64,000 nt of DNA from Candidatus Calditenuis fumarioli (GCA_030059665.1 JANVYR010000001.1:512001-576000); one strand, 5' to 3'; shown: positions 1 through 9,600, counted from the stretch's first letter. Notes: generated by a model from the letters alone, not told the origin. Numbers and translations are program-made.

Positions 1-1015
1 TCACCCTCGGGTCCTCCGGATCAAGCTTGTGGTAGAAGGCCTTCGCCTCGCGGGGGTAGTGCGTGACGAAGACGGGCCTGTCGAACTCGTTCGAGATCAC
101 CCTCTCCTCGTCGGCTCCGAGGTCCGAACCCCACGGAAGCTCCTTGCCCCTTTTCCTGAGGATCTCGAGCGCCTCGGAGTACCTGATCCTGTAGAAGGGC
201 CCCTCCACCTCCTTGACCGGTATCCTCCTGCCGAGCACCCTGAGCTCCCGCTCCGACAGCTCCGCGGTGCGGATCACCGTATACCTGACCAGCTCCTCGA
301 TAGTCCTCAGAAGCGTCTCGAGGTCTGCGAAGGCCATCTCGGCCTCGACGTGCCAGAACTCGGTGAGGTGGCGGGGCGTCCTGCTCTTCTCGGCCCTGAA
401 GCTCGGCTGGACGCTGTAGACCTTCTCCAGCGCGTATATCGCCGCCTCCTGGTAGAACTGCACGCTCTGGGTCAGGTAGACCTTCCGGCCGAAGTAGTTC
501 ACCTCGAAGAGCGTGGCGCCGCCCTCGACGGCCGCGGTGATGAAGGTCGGGCAGTGGATTTCCACGAACCCCCTGCTCCGGAAGTACTCGTGGACGGCCC
601 AGACGAGGTTGGACCTGATCCTCATCAGCGCTGTTAGCCTCGGACTTCTGATGTGGAGGTGCCTGACGTCGTAGAGCGCCTTCGCCCCCATCCCCTTCCT
701 GACGGGGAAGTCTCCCATCGACTCGGAGACCTTCTCCGCCCTGAGGCACCGCACCTCGACGCCGAAGGGAGCCCTAGGGTCCCTCACCACGAGCCCCCGC
801 ACCTTCACGACCGATTCCCTTCCGAGCTCCCTCAACAGCTCGAGGCTCTGCTGGTCGGTCGTTCCCGCCTTTGCGGCCACCTGGACCACGCCGGTCCCGT
901 CGCGGAGGTCGACGAAGACGAGCTTTCCGTGCTCGCGCTTGTTCCATATCCAGCCCAGGAGCTCCACCTCCTCGCCCTCGGGAGCGTCGAGGACCTCCGT
1001 CACCGTCCTCCTCAT
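1..1015 (-). CDS. asnS: Asparagine--tRNA ligase, 3' end outside the window
   Basis: Manual translation from ATG 1015: MRRTVTEVLDAPEGEEVELLGWIWNKREHGKLVFVDLRDGTG (OB fold), EGGATLFEVNYF, FRAEKSRTPRHLTEFWHVEAE (class II motif 2, Asn-type), PVFVTHYPREAKAFY. Absent from the ORF track because it runs off the edge. Confidence 0.93.
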   Translation of the reverse strand, partial: MRRTVTEVLDAPEGEEVELLGWIWNKREHGKLVFVDLRDGTGVVQVAAKAGTTDQQSLELLRELGRESVVKVRGLVVRDPRAPFGVEVRCLRAEKVSESMGDFPVRKGMGAKALYDVRHLHIRSPRLTALMRIRSNLVWAVHEYFRSRGFVEIHCPTFITAAVEGGATLFEVNYFGRKVYLTQSVQFYQEAAIYALEKVYSVQPSFRAEKSRTPRHLTEFWHVEAEMAFADLETLLRTIEELVRYTVIRTAELSERELRVLGRRIPVKEVEGPFYRIRYSEALEILRKRGKELPWGSDLGADEERVISNEFDRPVFVTHYPREAKAFYHKLDPEDPRV

Positions 1016-1139
1016 CCGAGAGAGCCCCTGACGGTCAGGCTTTATTCTTGCAGTTCACGTGAGCCCGAAGGCCAGCGATCTGGAAAGGTCGTCCGGGAAA
1101 CAGCTTTACGGACCCAACACGGGAACGAACGGGGCAGGA

Positions 1140-2024
1140 TTGTGCAGGATGGTGGCGCTGCGGTTCGACCGGAGGGCTGCAGGAGCCGCGAGGGCGCTGA
1201 TCGGTGCGCTGTTCGAGGCATCCGCGGAGGACCCGTACCTCCGTAGGCTCATCGGCGACGGAAGGCACTGCCACGGGTTCGGCTACGCGCTCGCCGGGAA
1301 GAGGGGGTCCTCGTGGGAGGTGAGCTGGGCGAGGTACGACGCTCAGGACGGGCGAAGGGACGAGCAGGAGGCCTGCGAGGCCAACCTCAGGGAGCTGGCC
1401 CGGGCCGTGAGGTCGCTCGAGTCCGCGATCGAGGGTTACGGTGAGGTCGCGCTCACCCTTCACAGCAGAAGGACGCTCGGTGAGCCGAGGGGGACGACCG
1501 ATGCCCATCCGTTCAGGGCCGAGCTGCCCCTCTCCGTTAACGGCGTTGCCGAGCCATTCGAGCTCTACCTCTCGCACAACGGAGGCGTCGACAAGCTGCC
1601 GCTGGCCGAGGAGATCGGGCTTCCAGCTGCGGAGAGGATGACGGACTCCCACGTGCTCACCCATTACGTCGCGTGGCACCTCCGCGGAACTGATGTGGTG
1701 GACCTCCCGGCGAGGATTGCGGAGTTAGCCCGGTCCATCGAGCGCCACGTCCGGTCCTCCCTCGACCTGAACCTGCTCTTCTTCGGCAGGTCAACAGGAC
1801 CCCTTCTGCTCGCGGTCGGGTACGTGGTCTCTAAGGACGAGAACAAGGTGCGCTACTACGAGCCGGTGCTCGTCAGGGGAGACGGCATATCCGGATACGT
1901 CTCGAGCACGGTCAGGGACCTCGTCGAGGAGAGGCTTAAGGAGCTGGAGTTCAGGAGCTTCAGGGACCGGTTCGTCGCGGTGCTGGGACCCGGATTTTAC
2001 GAACTCCTCGAGATCGGTGGGTGA
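1140..2024 (+). CDS. Class II (Ntn) glutamine amidotransferase-like protein, YafJ/EgtC-like
   Basis: TTG at 1140 gives M-C-R-M with the N-terminal nucleophile Cys; later HCHGFG, HSR, HPF and HNG motifs. The track's 1059 start is probably too long. Confidence 0.75.
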   Translation: MCRMVALRFDRRAAGAARALIGALFEASAEDPYLRRLIGDGRHCHGFGYALAGKRGSSWEVSWARYDAQDGRRDEQEACEANLRELARAVRSLESAIEGYGEVALTLHSRRTLGEPRGTTDAHPFRAELPLSVNGVAEPFELYLSHNGGVDKLPLAEEIGLPAAERMTDSHVLTHYVAWHLRGTDVVDLPARIAELARSIERHVRSSLDLNLLFFGRSTGPLLLAVGYVVSKDENKVRYYEPVLVRGDGISGYVSSTVRDLVEERLKELEFRSFRDRFVAVLGPGFYELLEIGG

Positions 2025-3019
2025 TCCGTGGGTTGGAGCTGAGGAGGGGAACGAAGGGGCCGGTCCTGGTGCTCGACGACGGAAGGCAGCTCACGCTCGA
2101 CTCGGACGAGGAGTCCATCGTCGCATGCGTCTCGCACGCCCACATGGACCACCTCTCCGGGATGAGCTCGGGAGTTGCGCTGATGACCGAGGAGACGAGG
2201 CTGATCTTCTCCGCGAGGGGTGCCAGGTACCGGAACCACATGCCCCTTCAGCTCGGAGGGAGCGTGAGGCTGCTTGGGGGTGACGTGACCTTCTCGGCCA
2301 GGTCGTCCGGTCACATGCTCGGCTCCGCGGTCTTCTCGGTCGACCTCGACGGCCTGAGGCTCACCTACACCGGCGACATGAACACGTATCCGAGCGTCCT
2401 CCACGACCCAGCAGAGGTGGTGAGCGGGACCGATGTCCTCGTTATCGAGTCCACCTACGGATCTCCGGTCTACAGGTTCGCGGAGAGGGAGCAGGTCTAC
2501 GCCTCGATCGTCGGTTGGATCAGGAGGGTCCTCGAGGAGGGAAAGGTTCCGGCCTTCGAGGTTTACGCCGCCGGGAAGGCGCAGGAGGTGATAGCGCTCG
2601 TCAACACCTCGCTCGAGGTGCCGGTTGTGGTCAGCAGGGCCGTCGGGCGCGTTGCAGAGGTGTACAGGAGGACCTATCCGTGGCTCGACTTCGTGGTGGA
2701 GGGGACGAGGGAGGCGGGCGAGGTCGTGAGGGGAGGAGGGTTCGTCTACGTCTCGAACCGTAGAGCGCCGACCGCGTGGAGGTCCGAGTGGGCCGTCGCC
2801 ACCGGATGGGCTCTCACCCGCACCTTCCCCGGTTACGACGCAGCCTTCCCCCTCAGCAGCCACGCCGATTTCCACGGTCTGCTCGAGTACGTCCGCTCGA
2901 CGGAGCCGAAGCTGGTCGTTACAGTCTACGGCCACTCGGCGACCTTCGCCAGGTTCCTGAACAGGACTGGAGTTAAGGCGATATCCCTTGACGAGAAACC
3001 CCTCATCAGGATGATCTGA
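2021..3019 (+). CDS. Metallo-beta-lactamase / beta-CASP-type nuclease
   Basis: SHAHMDH, SGHMLGS, YTGD, IESTYG, C-terminal SSHADF; GTGA overlap with the upstream gene. Confidence 0.85.
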   Translation: MIRGLELRRGTKGPVLVLDDGRQLTLDSDEESIVACVSHAHMDHLSGMSSGVALMTEETRLIFSARGARYRNHMPLQLGGSVRLLGGDVTFSARSSGHMLGSAVFSVDLDGLRLTYTGDMNTYPSVLHDPAEVVSGTDVLVIESTYGSPVYRFAEREQVYASIVGWIRRVLEEGKVPAFEVYAAGKAQEVIALVNTSLEVPVVVSRAVGRVAEVYRRTYPWLDFVVEGTREAGEVVRGGGFVYVSNRRAPTAWRSEWAVATGWALTRTFPGYDAAFPLSSHADFHGLLEYVRSTEPKLVVTVYGHSATFARFLNRTGVKAISLDEKPLIRMI

Positions 3020-3094
3020 GGCGACCCGTCTCGGACAGCATCTCCTAATCCCAGAAGCGATTGCACCAAAAAGTGATCAATAGGTGACGGAGGC

Positions 3095-3991
3095 TCAGAG
3101 CTGGATGCCGAGCTTCTTGGCTATGCGCTCGAAGTCGTCCTTATAGAGTCCCGGCGCGAACTCCTCGGGGACCTCTGGGAGGACTGGGACTGGGCCGCCC
3201 TCTGGGGGACCTTGAACCACCTCGAGCTCGCCGTCGCCGGTCGGAGACATCCCCCTCCAGATCAACTCTATGTCCTTGTAGTCGGCTTGGCTGAACCTGT
3301 AGAGCTTCCTGTGCACTCCCTGAGCCATGTACTTCTTCGCCTCCGGGAACTTGTCGTTCTCTATTTTTGGGATCGGTAGCATCTTCCAGACCTCAACGCC
3401 CGTCACTATCTCCAGCGCCTTCCCGTATGCGAGTGCGTGGACCCCGCCCCTGACCAGCAGATACCCTATCATCTCCCTCGCCACCGGGTTGTCGGTCATC
3501 TCGTAGACCCTGATCTTGGCGAGGCGGGCGCCGCATTCGAGGAAGAAGTTGTGCAGAAGGTCAAGGGTGAGGTTTCCGCTGGAGAAGACGTAGCCGCCGT
3601 TCCAGAAGGCTCCCATGCTGTCGCCCACGAAGGAGGAGATTGCGGTGTTGATGAAGTGGAATGTGTTCCTTGCCGACTTGCCGCGCTCCAACGGTTTCCG
3701 GTCCGGCGGGACGTTCTTGGTCGATCCCTGCAGCAACGCGTTGACTGTGGCCGCCACAAGCTCGATGTGTCCGAGCTCTTCTGTTGCTATGTTGGCGATC
3801 AAATCTCTGAACGGCCTTAACGCTGGGTTGTTGTGTGCCCTGAAGTTGAACGATTGGTACGTGTAGTTCATCAGGGTCGACATCTCGCCGAACCTACCTC
3901 CGAGAAGTTCCTGAACCGCGGCAGCTGCGTCCGGATCAGGTTCCGTAGGTGCGGGGAGCTGTATTTGGAGCCGATCGATCCTAAGCCACAT
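3095..3991 (-). CDS. Manganese catalase family protein
   Basis: GGRFGEMST, TEELGHIELV, E-x-x-A-R, RGGVHALAYGKALE ferritin-like dimanganese motifs. Confidence 0.9.
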   Translation of the reverse strand: MWLRIDRLQIQLPAPTEPDPDAAAAVQELLGGRFGEMSTLMNYTYQSFNFRAHNNPALRPFRDLIANIATEELGHIELVAATVNALLQGSTKNVPPDRKPLERGKSARNTFHFINTAISSFVGDSMGAFWNGGYVFSSGNLTLDLLHNFFLECGARLAKIRVYEMTDNPVAREMIGYLLVRGGVHALAYGKALEIVTGVEVWKMLPIPKIENDKFPEAKKYMAQGVHRKLYRFSQADYKDIELIWRGMSPTGDGELEVVQGPPEGGPVPVLPEVPEEFAPGLYKDDFERIAKKLGIQL

Positions 3992-4028
3992 GGCATAGGT
4001 TCACCCGATCGGGAGTAATTAAGAGTCA

Positions 4029-4042
4029 TTCTCAATTGATAA
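4029..4042. promoter_or_regulatory. AT-rich near-palindrome upstream of the Mn-catalase gene, candidate Fur/PerR-family operator
   Basis: TTCTCAATTGATAA (one mismatch) between the fur stop and the catalase start, next to a TATA-like TTAATTA. Confidence 0.35.
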
Positions 4043-4066
4043 CAACTGTTAAGTGCACTGTGCAGC

Positions 4067-4492
4067 TCAACGTCGTTCCCGACAATGCCTGCAGACGACC
4101 AAGACGTCGCATCCCACCGGGTTCAAACCAATTCTCGATAGGTATCTCAGAATCTTACGCGAACGGTGGGCCTCCATGTCCCAAATTCGTCCGCAGTTCA
4201 CACACATGACGTTGACGTGGGGCTCTGTTCGCAACTCAAACCTCGTCGAGTTCTTTAGGTCTGTCAACTCCCGAATTATGCCCGCTTTCTTGAAAAGGGA
4301 GATCGTTCGGTAGACGGTGGCGAGGCCTATCGTCGGCATTTTCCTGCTGACGTACCTGTAGACGTCAACAGCAACCGGATGGTCCAGCGCTGATATTGCT
4401 TCCGCTATCAGAATCCTTTGAGCGGTTATCTTGAGTCCCCTCGATTTGAGCAGCCTCGTCAGGTCTTCGGCCTCCGGAGCTTTCCCCCTCAA
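4067..4492 (-). CDS. Fur/PerR family transcriptional regulator
   Basis: GLKITAQRILI, HP-x-A-x-D-VY, IGLATVYRT, H-x-N-x-x-CVNCG and C-terminal CRHC. Confidence 0.9.
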   Translation of the reverse strand: MRGKAPEAEDLTRLLKSRGLKITAQRILIAEAISALDHPVAVDVYRYVSRKMPTIGLATVYRTISLFKKAGIIRELTDLKNSTRFELRTEPHVNVMCVNCGRIWDMEAHRSRKILRYLSRIGLNPVGCDVLVVCRHCRERR

Positions 4493-4556
4493 GCCGCGAC
4501 CTTCCCCGCAAACGATACGCGCATCAGGCTGTAAATAATTGTGGTGAAGCAGGCCC

Positions 4557-5612
4557 TCAGACCGGCCTCAGCGGCGGGTAGTTCAGGCCGGTCCTCTCGT
4601 CGATTCCGAGGACGATGTTCATGCACTGGACCGCCTGACCGGCGGCACCCTTCATCAGGTTGTCGATAGCCGCGAACAGTGCGGCCCTCCCCAGCCTCTG
4701 CTCCACAGCGACGCCGACGTCCGTGAAGTTGGAGCCGATGACGTACTTGGGATCCGGATACCTGCCCCTAACGATCCTGACGAAGGGTTCGTTGCCGTAC
4801 CTCTTGGCGTAGGTCCTCCAGAGGGCCAGCTCGTCGAGCGAGCCGTCGGTGAGCCAGACGTGCGAGGTAGCCAGTGCGCCCCTCACAGCACCTACTGCAT
4901 GGGGAACTAGGGCCACCCTCACCTCCTTTCCCGCGACCCTCCTCAGCTCCTGCTCCACCTCAGCCACGTGCCTGTGGCCTGATGCCTCATACGGCCTCAT
5001 CACGTTGGCCCGCTCGGGGTGGTGCGTGCCGATCGAGGGCTTCATCCCGGCCTCGCTGCTCCCGACCTTCACGTCCACCGCTATGTGCTCGGGATCGATG
5101 GCTCCGGCCTCGACCGCTGGGATCAGTGACAGGAGGGCGGCCGTGGCGTTGCATCCGGGGTTGGCGACCAGCTTGGCGCTCCTCAGCTCCTCCCTGTGGA
5201 GCTCCGGGAGGCCGTAAACCGCTTTCTCGAGGAGGTCCGGTGCGGGGTGCTCGAACTCGTACCAGACCTCGTACTGCCGCGGGTCCTTCAGCCTGAAGTC
5301 GGGGCTCAGGTCGATCACCGATAGGCCGTGCTCCAGGAGCTTGGGCGTGAGGTCCTTCGAGACGCCGGCGGGCGTGCTCATGAAGACCAGGTCGCACTTC
5401 TCCAGCAGCAGGTCTATTGAGAGCGGAGAGAACTTCAGGTTACCGACGAAGCCCCGGAGGTGGAAGTGTACCGAGGTGATCGGCTGGCCGGCGTACTCCC
5501 TTGATGTGGCCACGGTGACCTCGACCTCTGGGTGAAGGGCCAGAAGCCTGAGCAGCTCGCCTCCCGTGTATCCTGATGCGCCAACGATCCCGACGCGCCT
5601 CTTCGCGCTCAC
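4557..5612 (-). CDS. lysY: N-acetyl-gamma-glutamyl-phosphate / [LysW]-aminoadipate-phosphate reductase
   Basis: GASGYTGGEL, ANPGCNAT, GSSEAG, HHPER, IDNLMKGAAGQAVQ. Confidence 0.9.
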   Translation of the reverse strand: MSAKRRVGIVGASGYTGGELLRLLALHPEVEVTVATSREYAGQPITSVHFHLRGFVGNLKFSPLSIDLLLEKCDLVFMSTPAGVSKDLTPKLLEHGLSVIDLSPDFRLKDPRQYEVWYEFEHPAPDLLEKAVYGLPELHREELRSAKLVANPGCNATAALLSLIPAVEAGAIDPEHIAVDVKVGSSEAGMKPSIGTHHPERANVMRPYEASGHRHVAEVEQELRRVAGKEVRVALVPHAVGAVRGALATSHVWLTDGSLDELALWRTYAKRYGNEPFVRIVRGRYPDPKYVIGSNFTDVGVAVEQRLGRAALFAAIDNLMKGAAGQAVQCMNIVLGIDERTGLNYPPLRPV

Positions 5613-5758
5613 CTGTCGACCCCGAGTCGGGTCACCTATAACGATGACCGGGCCGGTTCGGGCGTCGACTGATAATTCCCCTTCCTTCTGGGGGTGAGCT
5701 TAAATTGAGAGTCCGGCTGGATGCTGGAGGTGCGCGGAACGTTGAGCGGGTGGTCGAG

Positions 5759-6475
5759 ATGCACCTGAAGAGGTTGGCGGCACCGGTAGTCTTCGACATA
5801 CCGCCGAAGGGGAAGAAGTTCGCTCCACGTCCGAGCCCAGGGCCCCATCCCATCGACTACTCGGTACCGCTGCTGGTGATAGTCCGGGACTGGTTGAGGT
5901 ACGCGTCGACCGCGAGGGAGGCGGAGAAGATCGTCCACCAGGGAAAGCTGCTCGTCGACGGCAGGGCCGTCCGGGACCCGAGGTTCCCCGTCGGGCTGAT
6001 GGACGTCCTCTCGGTACCGGAGACGGGCGAGATCTACAGGATGCTGCCGGTTTACAGGAGGGGGCTCAGGCTCGTGGAGATCGACAAGTCCGAAGCCGGC
6101 TTCAAGATCGGCCTCATCGTCAGGAAGCAGCACGTCAAGGGCGGAGCTCTTCAGTTCACCCTCCACGACGGAAGGAACGTCCTCGTCAAGCATCCGACCG
6201 AGAAGGACCTCTCGATCGGCACCTGGGACTCCTTCCAGATCAGCGTACCTGAGAACAAGGTGCTCGCCCACCTTTCGTTCGACGTTGGCAAGTACGCCCT
6301 GATCTACAGGGGTTCCAGGGCAGGCCTTCACGGCCCGGTCGTCGACTACGAGAGGGTCAGACGCTATCCCGCGAAGCAGCTCGTCACGATCCAGACCTCT
6401 GAGGGCGACATATCCACCATACTGGACTACGTCATGGTGGTGGGTGACGAGAGGCCATGGCTGAAGCTGCCGTGA
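5759..6475 (+). CDS. rps4e: 30S ribosomal protein S4e
   Basis: HLKRLAAP, PSPGPH, VDGRAVRDPRFPVGLMD. Start is ATG 5759 or GTG 5750; a TATA-like TTAAAT lies near 5700. Confidence 0.95.
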   Translation: MHLKRLAAPVVFDIPPKGKKFAPRPSPGPHPIDYSVPLLVIVRDWLRYASTAREAEKIVHQGKLLVDGRAVRDPRFPVGLMDVLSVPETGEIYRMLPVYRRGLRLVEIDKSEAGFKIGLIVRKQHVKGGALQFTLHDGRNVLVKHPTEKDLSIGTWDSFQISVPENKVLAHLSFDVGKYALIYRGSRAGLHGPVVDYERVRRYPAKQLVTIQTSEGDISTILDYVMVVGDERPWLKLP

Positions 6476-7002
6476 GGGAGCAGGTCGAGCGGAAGGAGAA
6501 CCCGATGAGGAGGCTCAGGATAGAGAAGGTCGTGGTCAACTGCAGCGTCGGCGAGGCCGGCGCGAGGCTGGAGAGGGCTGTTAAGATCCTGGAGCAGCTC
6601 ACCGGTCAGAAGCCGTCGATCAGGAAGGCGAAGAAGACGATCAAGGGCTTCGGGATACACAAGGGAGAGCCCATCGCCGCGATGGTGACCCTCCGGAAGG
6701 AGAAGGCAGTTGAGTTCCTTCGAAGGGCCTTCGAGGCGGTGAGGAACACGATACGCGCGGAGAACTTCGACGAGTACGGGAACTTCGCCTTCGGCGTCAA
6801 GGAGCACCTCGACATGCCGGGGACCAAGTACGATCCGGAGCTGGGCATCATCGGGTTCGACGTGATAGTTCACATCTCGAGGCCCGGGCTGAGGGTGACG
6901 AGGAGGAGGATCAGGAGGTCGCGTATCCCGAGGGGCCACAGGCCCACAAAAGAGGAGGCGATTGAGTTCGTCCGCAGCACCTTCGGCGTCAACGTGGTCT
7001 GA
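6457..7002 (+). CDS. rpl5: 50S ribosomal protein L5
   Basis: NPMRRLRIEKVVVN, LTGQKP, VTLR, GNFAFG, YDPELGIIGFD. Confidence 0.97.
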   Translation: MAEAAVREQVERKENPMRRLRIEKVVVNCSVGEAGARLERAVKILEQLTGQKPSIRKAKKTIKGFGIHKGEPIAAMVTLRKEKAVEFLRRAFEAVRNTIRAENFDEYGNFAFGVKEHLDMPGTKYDPELGIIGFDVIVHISRPGLRVTRRRIRRSRIPRGHRPTKEEAIEFVRSTFGVNVV

Positions 7003-7091
7003 GCGATCGCCCGCTTTCTCACGGAAGACCTTGACCCGTGCAACGGGTTGACTTAATAGCGGCTGTTGTCGTCCGATGGCAGGAGGTCGAA

Positions 7092-7907
7092 TTGGAGGAG
7101 AGGTGGGCGAGGAGGCTCGAGAGGCAGGAGGCTATAGCCGAGGTCAGGAACCGATTCCTCGAGAAGGACAGGAGCCTCGACAGGGCGGCTTTCGAGGAGG
7201 TCTTCGACGCCCAGACGCTCCTCACGGTCTACAGGCTGATGAAGAGGGGACTGATCGAGGACTTCCACGGCGTCATCAGCGCAGGAAAGGAGTCGAGGAT
7301 CTACCACGCCACGAGCAAGCAGAGAGAGGAGCTCGCGGTGAAGATCTACCTCGTCAACAACAGGGAGTTTCGGAGGGGCAGGCTCGAGTACCTCCAGACC
7401 GACGTCAGGCTTGGAAGGATAGGAGGGTCTGTGAGGAAGCTGATCTACGCGTGGGCCAAGAGGGAGTTCCTGAACCTGAAGCAGGCACACGAGGCGGGGG
7501 TTCCAGTACCTAAGCCCCACGCCGTCGCCAACAACGTTTTGGTGATGAGCTTCCTCGGTGAGAACGGACAGAGGTACCCGCTGCTCCGCGAGACCTCCCT
7601 TGGAGCCGACGAGTACGCTGTGATCTACCGCAGGGTGGTTGAGGGCATGAGGGCCCTCTACAGAGGAGCTGAGCTGATCCACGGCGACCTCAGCGAGTAC
7701 AACGTCATGTGCGGCCCAGACCTCTCCGTCTACTTCATCGACCTCTCACAGGCGGTGCTGATCCACCATCCACGTGCCGACTTCTACCTGATGAGGGACG
7801 TCCGGAACGTCAACAGGTTCTTCGCCTCGAAGGGGGTCGAGGTCCTCGGGGAGGAAGAGCTCTTCGAGCAGGTCGCCGGCCGGAAACCCTACGAACCGGT
7901 CGCGTGA
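7092..7907 (+). CDS. rio1: RIO1-type serine kinase
   Basis: ISAGKESRIY, AVKIY, WAKREFLNL, IHGDLSEYN, IDLSQAV. Likely TTG start at 7092 after AGGAGGT. Confidence 0.92.
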   Translation: MEERWARRLERQEAIAEVRNRFLEKDRSLDRAAFEEVFDAQTLLTVYRLMKRGLIEDFHGVISAGKESRIYHATSKQREELAVKIYLVNNREFRRGRLEYLQTDVRLGRIGGSVRKLIYAWAKREFLNLKQAHEAGVPVPKPHAVANNVLVMSFLGENGQRYPLLRETSLGADEYAVIYRRVVEGMRALYRGAELIHGDLSEYNVMCGPDLSVYFIDLSQAVLIHHPRADFYLMRDVRNVNRFFASKGVEVLGEEELFEQVAGRKPYEPVA

Positions 7908-7989
7908 TGGGGGCGAGCCTCCGATCAAACAGGGCGACGTTCTCCCCGGTGCCTGATCCATAAATTTCAGCGGGTAGCAGGGATCCGGG

Positions 7990-8382
7990 ATGACCGTCTG
8001 GCACACCGACATCCACAAGAGGAAGAAGACCGGGGGAAGGAAGGGAGCCCATCGGAAGAAGCGGAGGTACGAGAGGGGCAGGGATCCGCTGCTGCCTGTT
8101 GTGGGTGAGCCCGAGAGGCTGGTCGAGCGCGTCAGGGGAGGCAACCTCAAGGTGAGGGTGAGGTACGACAAGTTCGCGAACGTGACCGACCCGTCCACCG
8201 GTAAGACGTCTCGGGTCCAGATCCTGAAGGTCCTGCAGAACCCGGCGAACCCGGACTTCAGCAGGATGGGCGTGCTCACGAGGGGTGCGCTGATCGAGAC
8301 GCCGCTCGGCGTCGCAAGGGTCACGTCGAAGCCCTCGTCAGACGGAGTGATCAACGCGGTTTTGGTGAAGGCTAAGGCGTGA
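7990..8382 (+). CDS. rps8e: 30S ribosomal protein S8e
   Basis: RKKTGG, RVRGGNLK, NPANPDF, LTRGALIET, VTSKPSSDGVINAVL. Confidence 0.97.
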   Translation: MTVWHTDIHKRKKTGGRKGAHRKKRRYERGRDPLLPVVGEPERLVERVRGGNLKVRVRYDKFANVTDPSTGKTSRVQILKVLQNPANPDFSRMGVLTRGALIETPLGVARVTSKPSSDGVINAVLVKAKA

Positions 8383-8383
8383 C

Positions 8384-8662
8384 ATGATCCGGAGGGACGG
8401 CTACGTCGTCTGGGTCCAGTACTTCAGCAGGGAGCTCTCCAGGTCCGAGGGGAGGAGGGTTCCCCTGAGGTTGGCGGTGAAGAACCCGACGGCCGATGAC
8501 GTGCTGAGGGCAGCGTCGAGGCTCGGGTGGGAGGCACGGAAGCTCGACCTGAGGTACCCTTCGCAGTGGTGGAGGCCAAGCTCCGCGGTCCTCGTCAGGC
8601 CCGACAGGCAGATGCGGAAGTCCCAGCTCTTGCTGCTCCTCGCGGAACGGATGAGGGGTTGA
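8384..8662 (+). CDS. srp19: Signal recognition particle protein SRP19
   Basis: VVWVQYF, SRSEGRRVP, AVKNPT, YPSQWW. Confidence 0.9.
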   Translation: MIRRDGYVVWVQYFSRELSRSEGRRVPLRLAVKNPTADDVLRAASRLGWEARKLDLRYPSQWWRPSSAVLVRPDRQMRKSQLLLLLAERMRG

Positions 8663-8931
8663 AAGGGGAGAGGGTGGTGGTTCTCGGAGGGGTCGTCAGG
8701 AGCTTCGGCGACTCGGTCCTGGTCGTCTCCCGGGAGCCCGTCCCCATCGGCGCCAAGGTCTACTCCGAGAAGGGCGAGGTCGGTCACGTCTCGGACGTCT
8801 TCGGACCCAAGGACGAGGTGTACGTCCTGGTCAGGCTGGAGCCGGGTAGGGAGCCCGGGAGGCGGCTCTACGTTGTTCTGCCGTCGAGGAAGAGGGACGT
8901 AGGAGGGGCTTCGCGCAAAGCCCGATCCTGA
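8659..8931 (+). CDS. gar1: H/ACA RNP component Gar1/Naf1
   Basis: From TTG 8659, overlapping the srp19 stop: LG-x-V, VPIGAKVY, VGHVSDVFGP-x-x-x-x-YVLV. Confidence 0.8.
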   Translation: MKGERVVVLGGVVRSFGDSVLVVSREPVPIGAKVYSEKGEVGHVSDVFGPKDEVYVLVRLEPGREPGRRLYVVLPSRKRDVGGASRKARS

Positions 8932-8988
8932 GTCCGTTGAACTCAAGATTTTATGGACGCCAAGATTGGCTAAGTGTGGACTGGCCGC

Positions 8989-9062
8989 GGGCCCGTAGCT
9001 CAGCCTGGCAGAGCGGCCGGCTCATAACCGGTAGGTCGTGGGTTCGAATCCCACCGGGCCCA
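8989..9062 (+). tRNA. tRNA with CAU anticodon, probably tRNA-Ile2 (agmatidine type) rather than Met
   Basis: GGGCCCG/CGGGCCC acceptor stem, CCGG-CT-CAT-AA-CCGG anticodon arm, GGTTCGAATCC T arm, A73, CCA not encoded. Confidence 0.92.
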
Positions 9063-9204
9063 CCTGTCTTTTCAAACCGAGGTTGTCGCGAGGCGGTGAC
9101 GTGCGGAAGGACTTGCATCTACTCCAACATGTTGCGGTTGATTGGCGGTCGCATACTATCTAATCCGACTCCTCTAGCCATGGGGATTCTGACACGCCGT
9201 CTTT

Positions 9205-9600
9205 CTATCGCACGTTCTCCAACTTTTCCAATTCGTTCAACATTTCAGAGAGCATCGCGGTGTTCAACCTGAATCTACCACGTCCTGCGAAGACAACAAA
9301 TGGATTAGATGTCAAGGCGTTCAACAGCTCGGTGCCTTTCAGCTGGGTGATCAACGATATTTCGCCCAAGTTGATAGTGTCATCCTCAATGAAACCTAAC
9401 GTCTTTGCCACGACCCTGCCCAACATGTAAGCCAAGAGAGTAGATATCCTGTTCGAAAACCGCCTTTTCAGAAGAACCACACCGTCTTCGGTCACCGCAA
9501 CGATCTCACCAATCCGATCGATTTCTTTGATTATCTCAGCCTTTTCGTCAAAGACAAGCCTCTTCAGCTCTCCCGGGATCTCCTTCGGTGGGCCTGCCAT
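9205..9600 (-). CDS. Hypothetical protein with probable C-terminal winged helix; paralog of the adjacent gene
   Basis: 131-aa ORF in a lower-GC segment; aligns by eye with 9607..10032. Confidence 0.7.
   Translation of the reverse strand: MAGPPKEIPGELKRLVFDEKAEIIKEIDRIGEIVAVTEDGVVLLKRRFSNRISTLLAYMLGRVVAKTLGFIEDDTINLGEISLITQLKGTELLNALTSNPFVVFAGRGRFRLNTAMLSEMLNELEKLENVR

Noticed and set aside
21-749. Track ORFs 21..749 (-), 29..637 (+) and 653..1246 (+)
   Set aside because: Shadow frames of asnS, which is in another minus frame and has clear synthetase motifs.
5638-5672. Possible C/D box sRNAs (ACGATGA...CTGA at 5640-5671; similar partial motifs near 18330-18355, 51340-51500 and 56200-56260)
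   Set aside because: None shows the full C-D'-C'-D layout with proper spacing.
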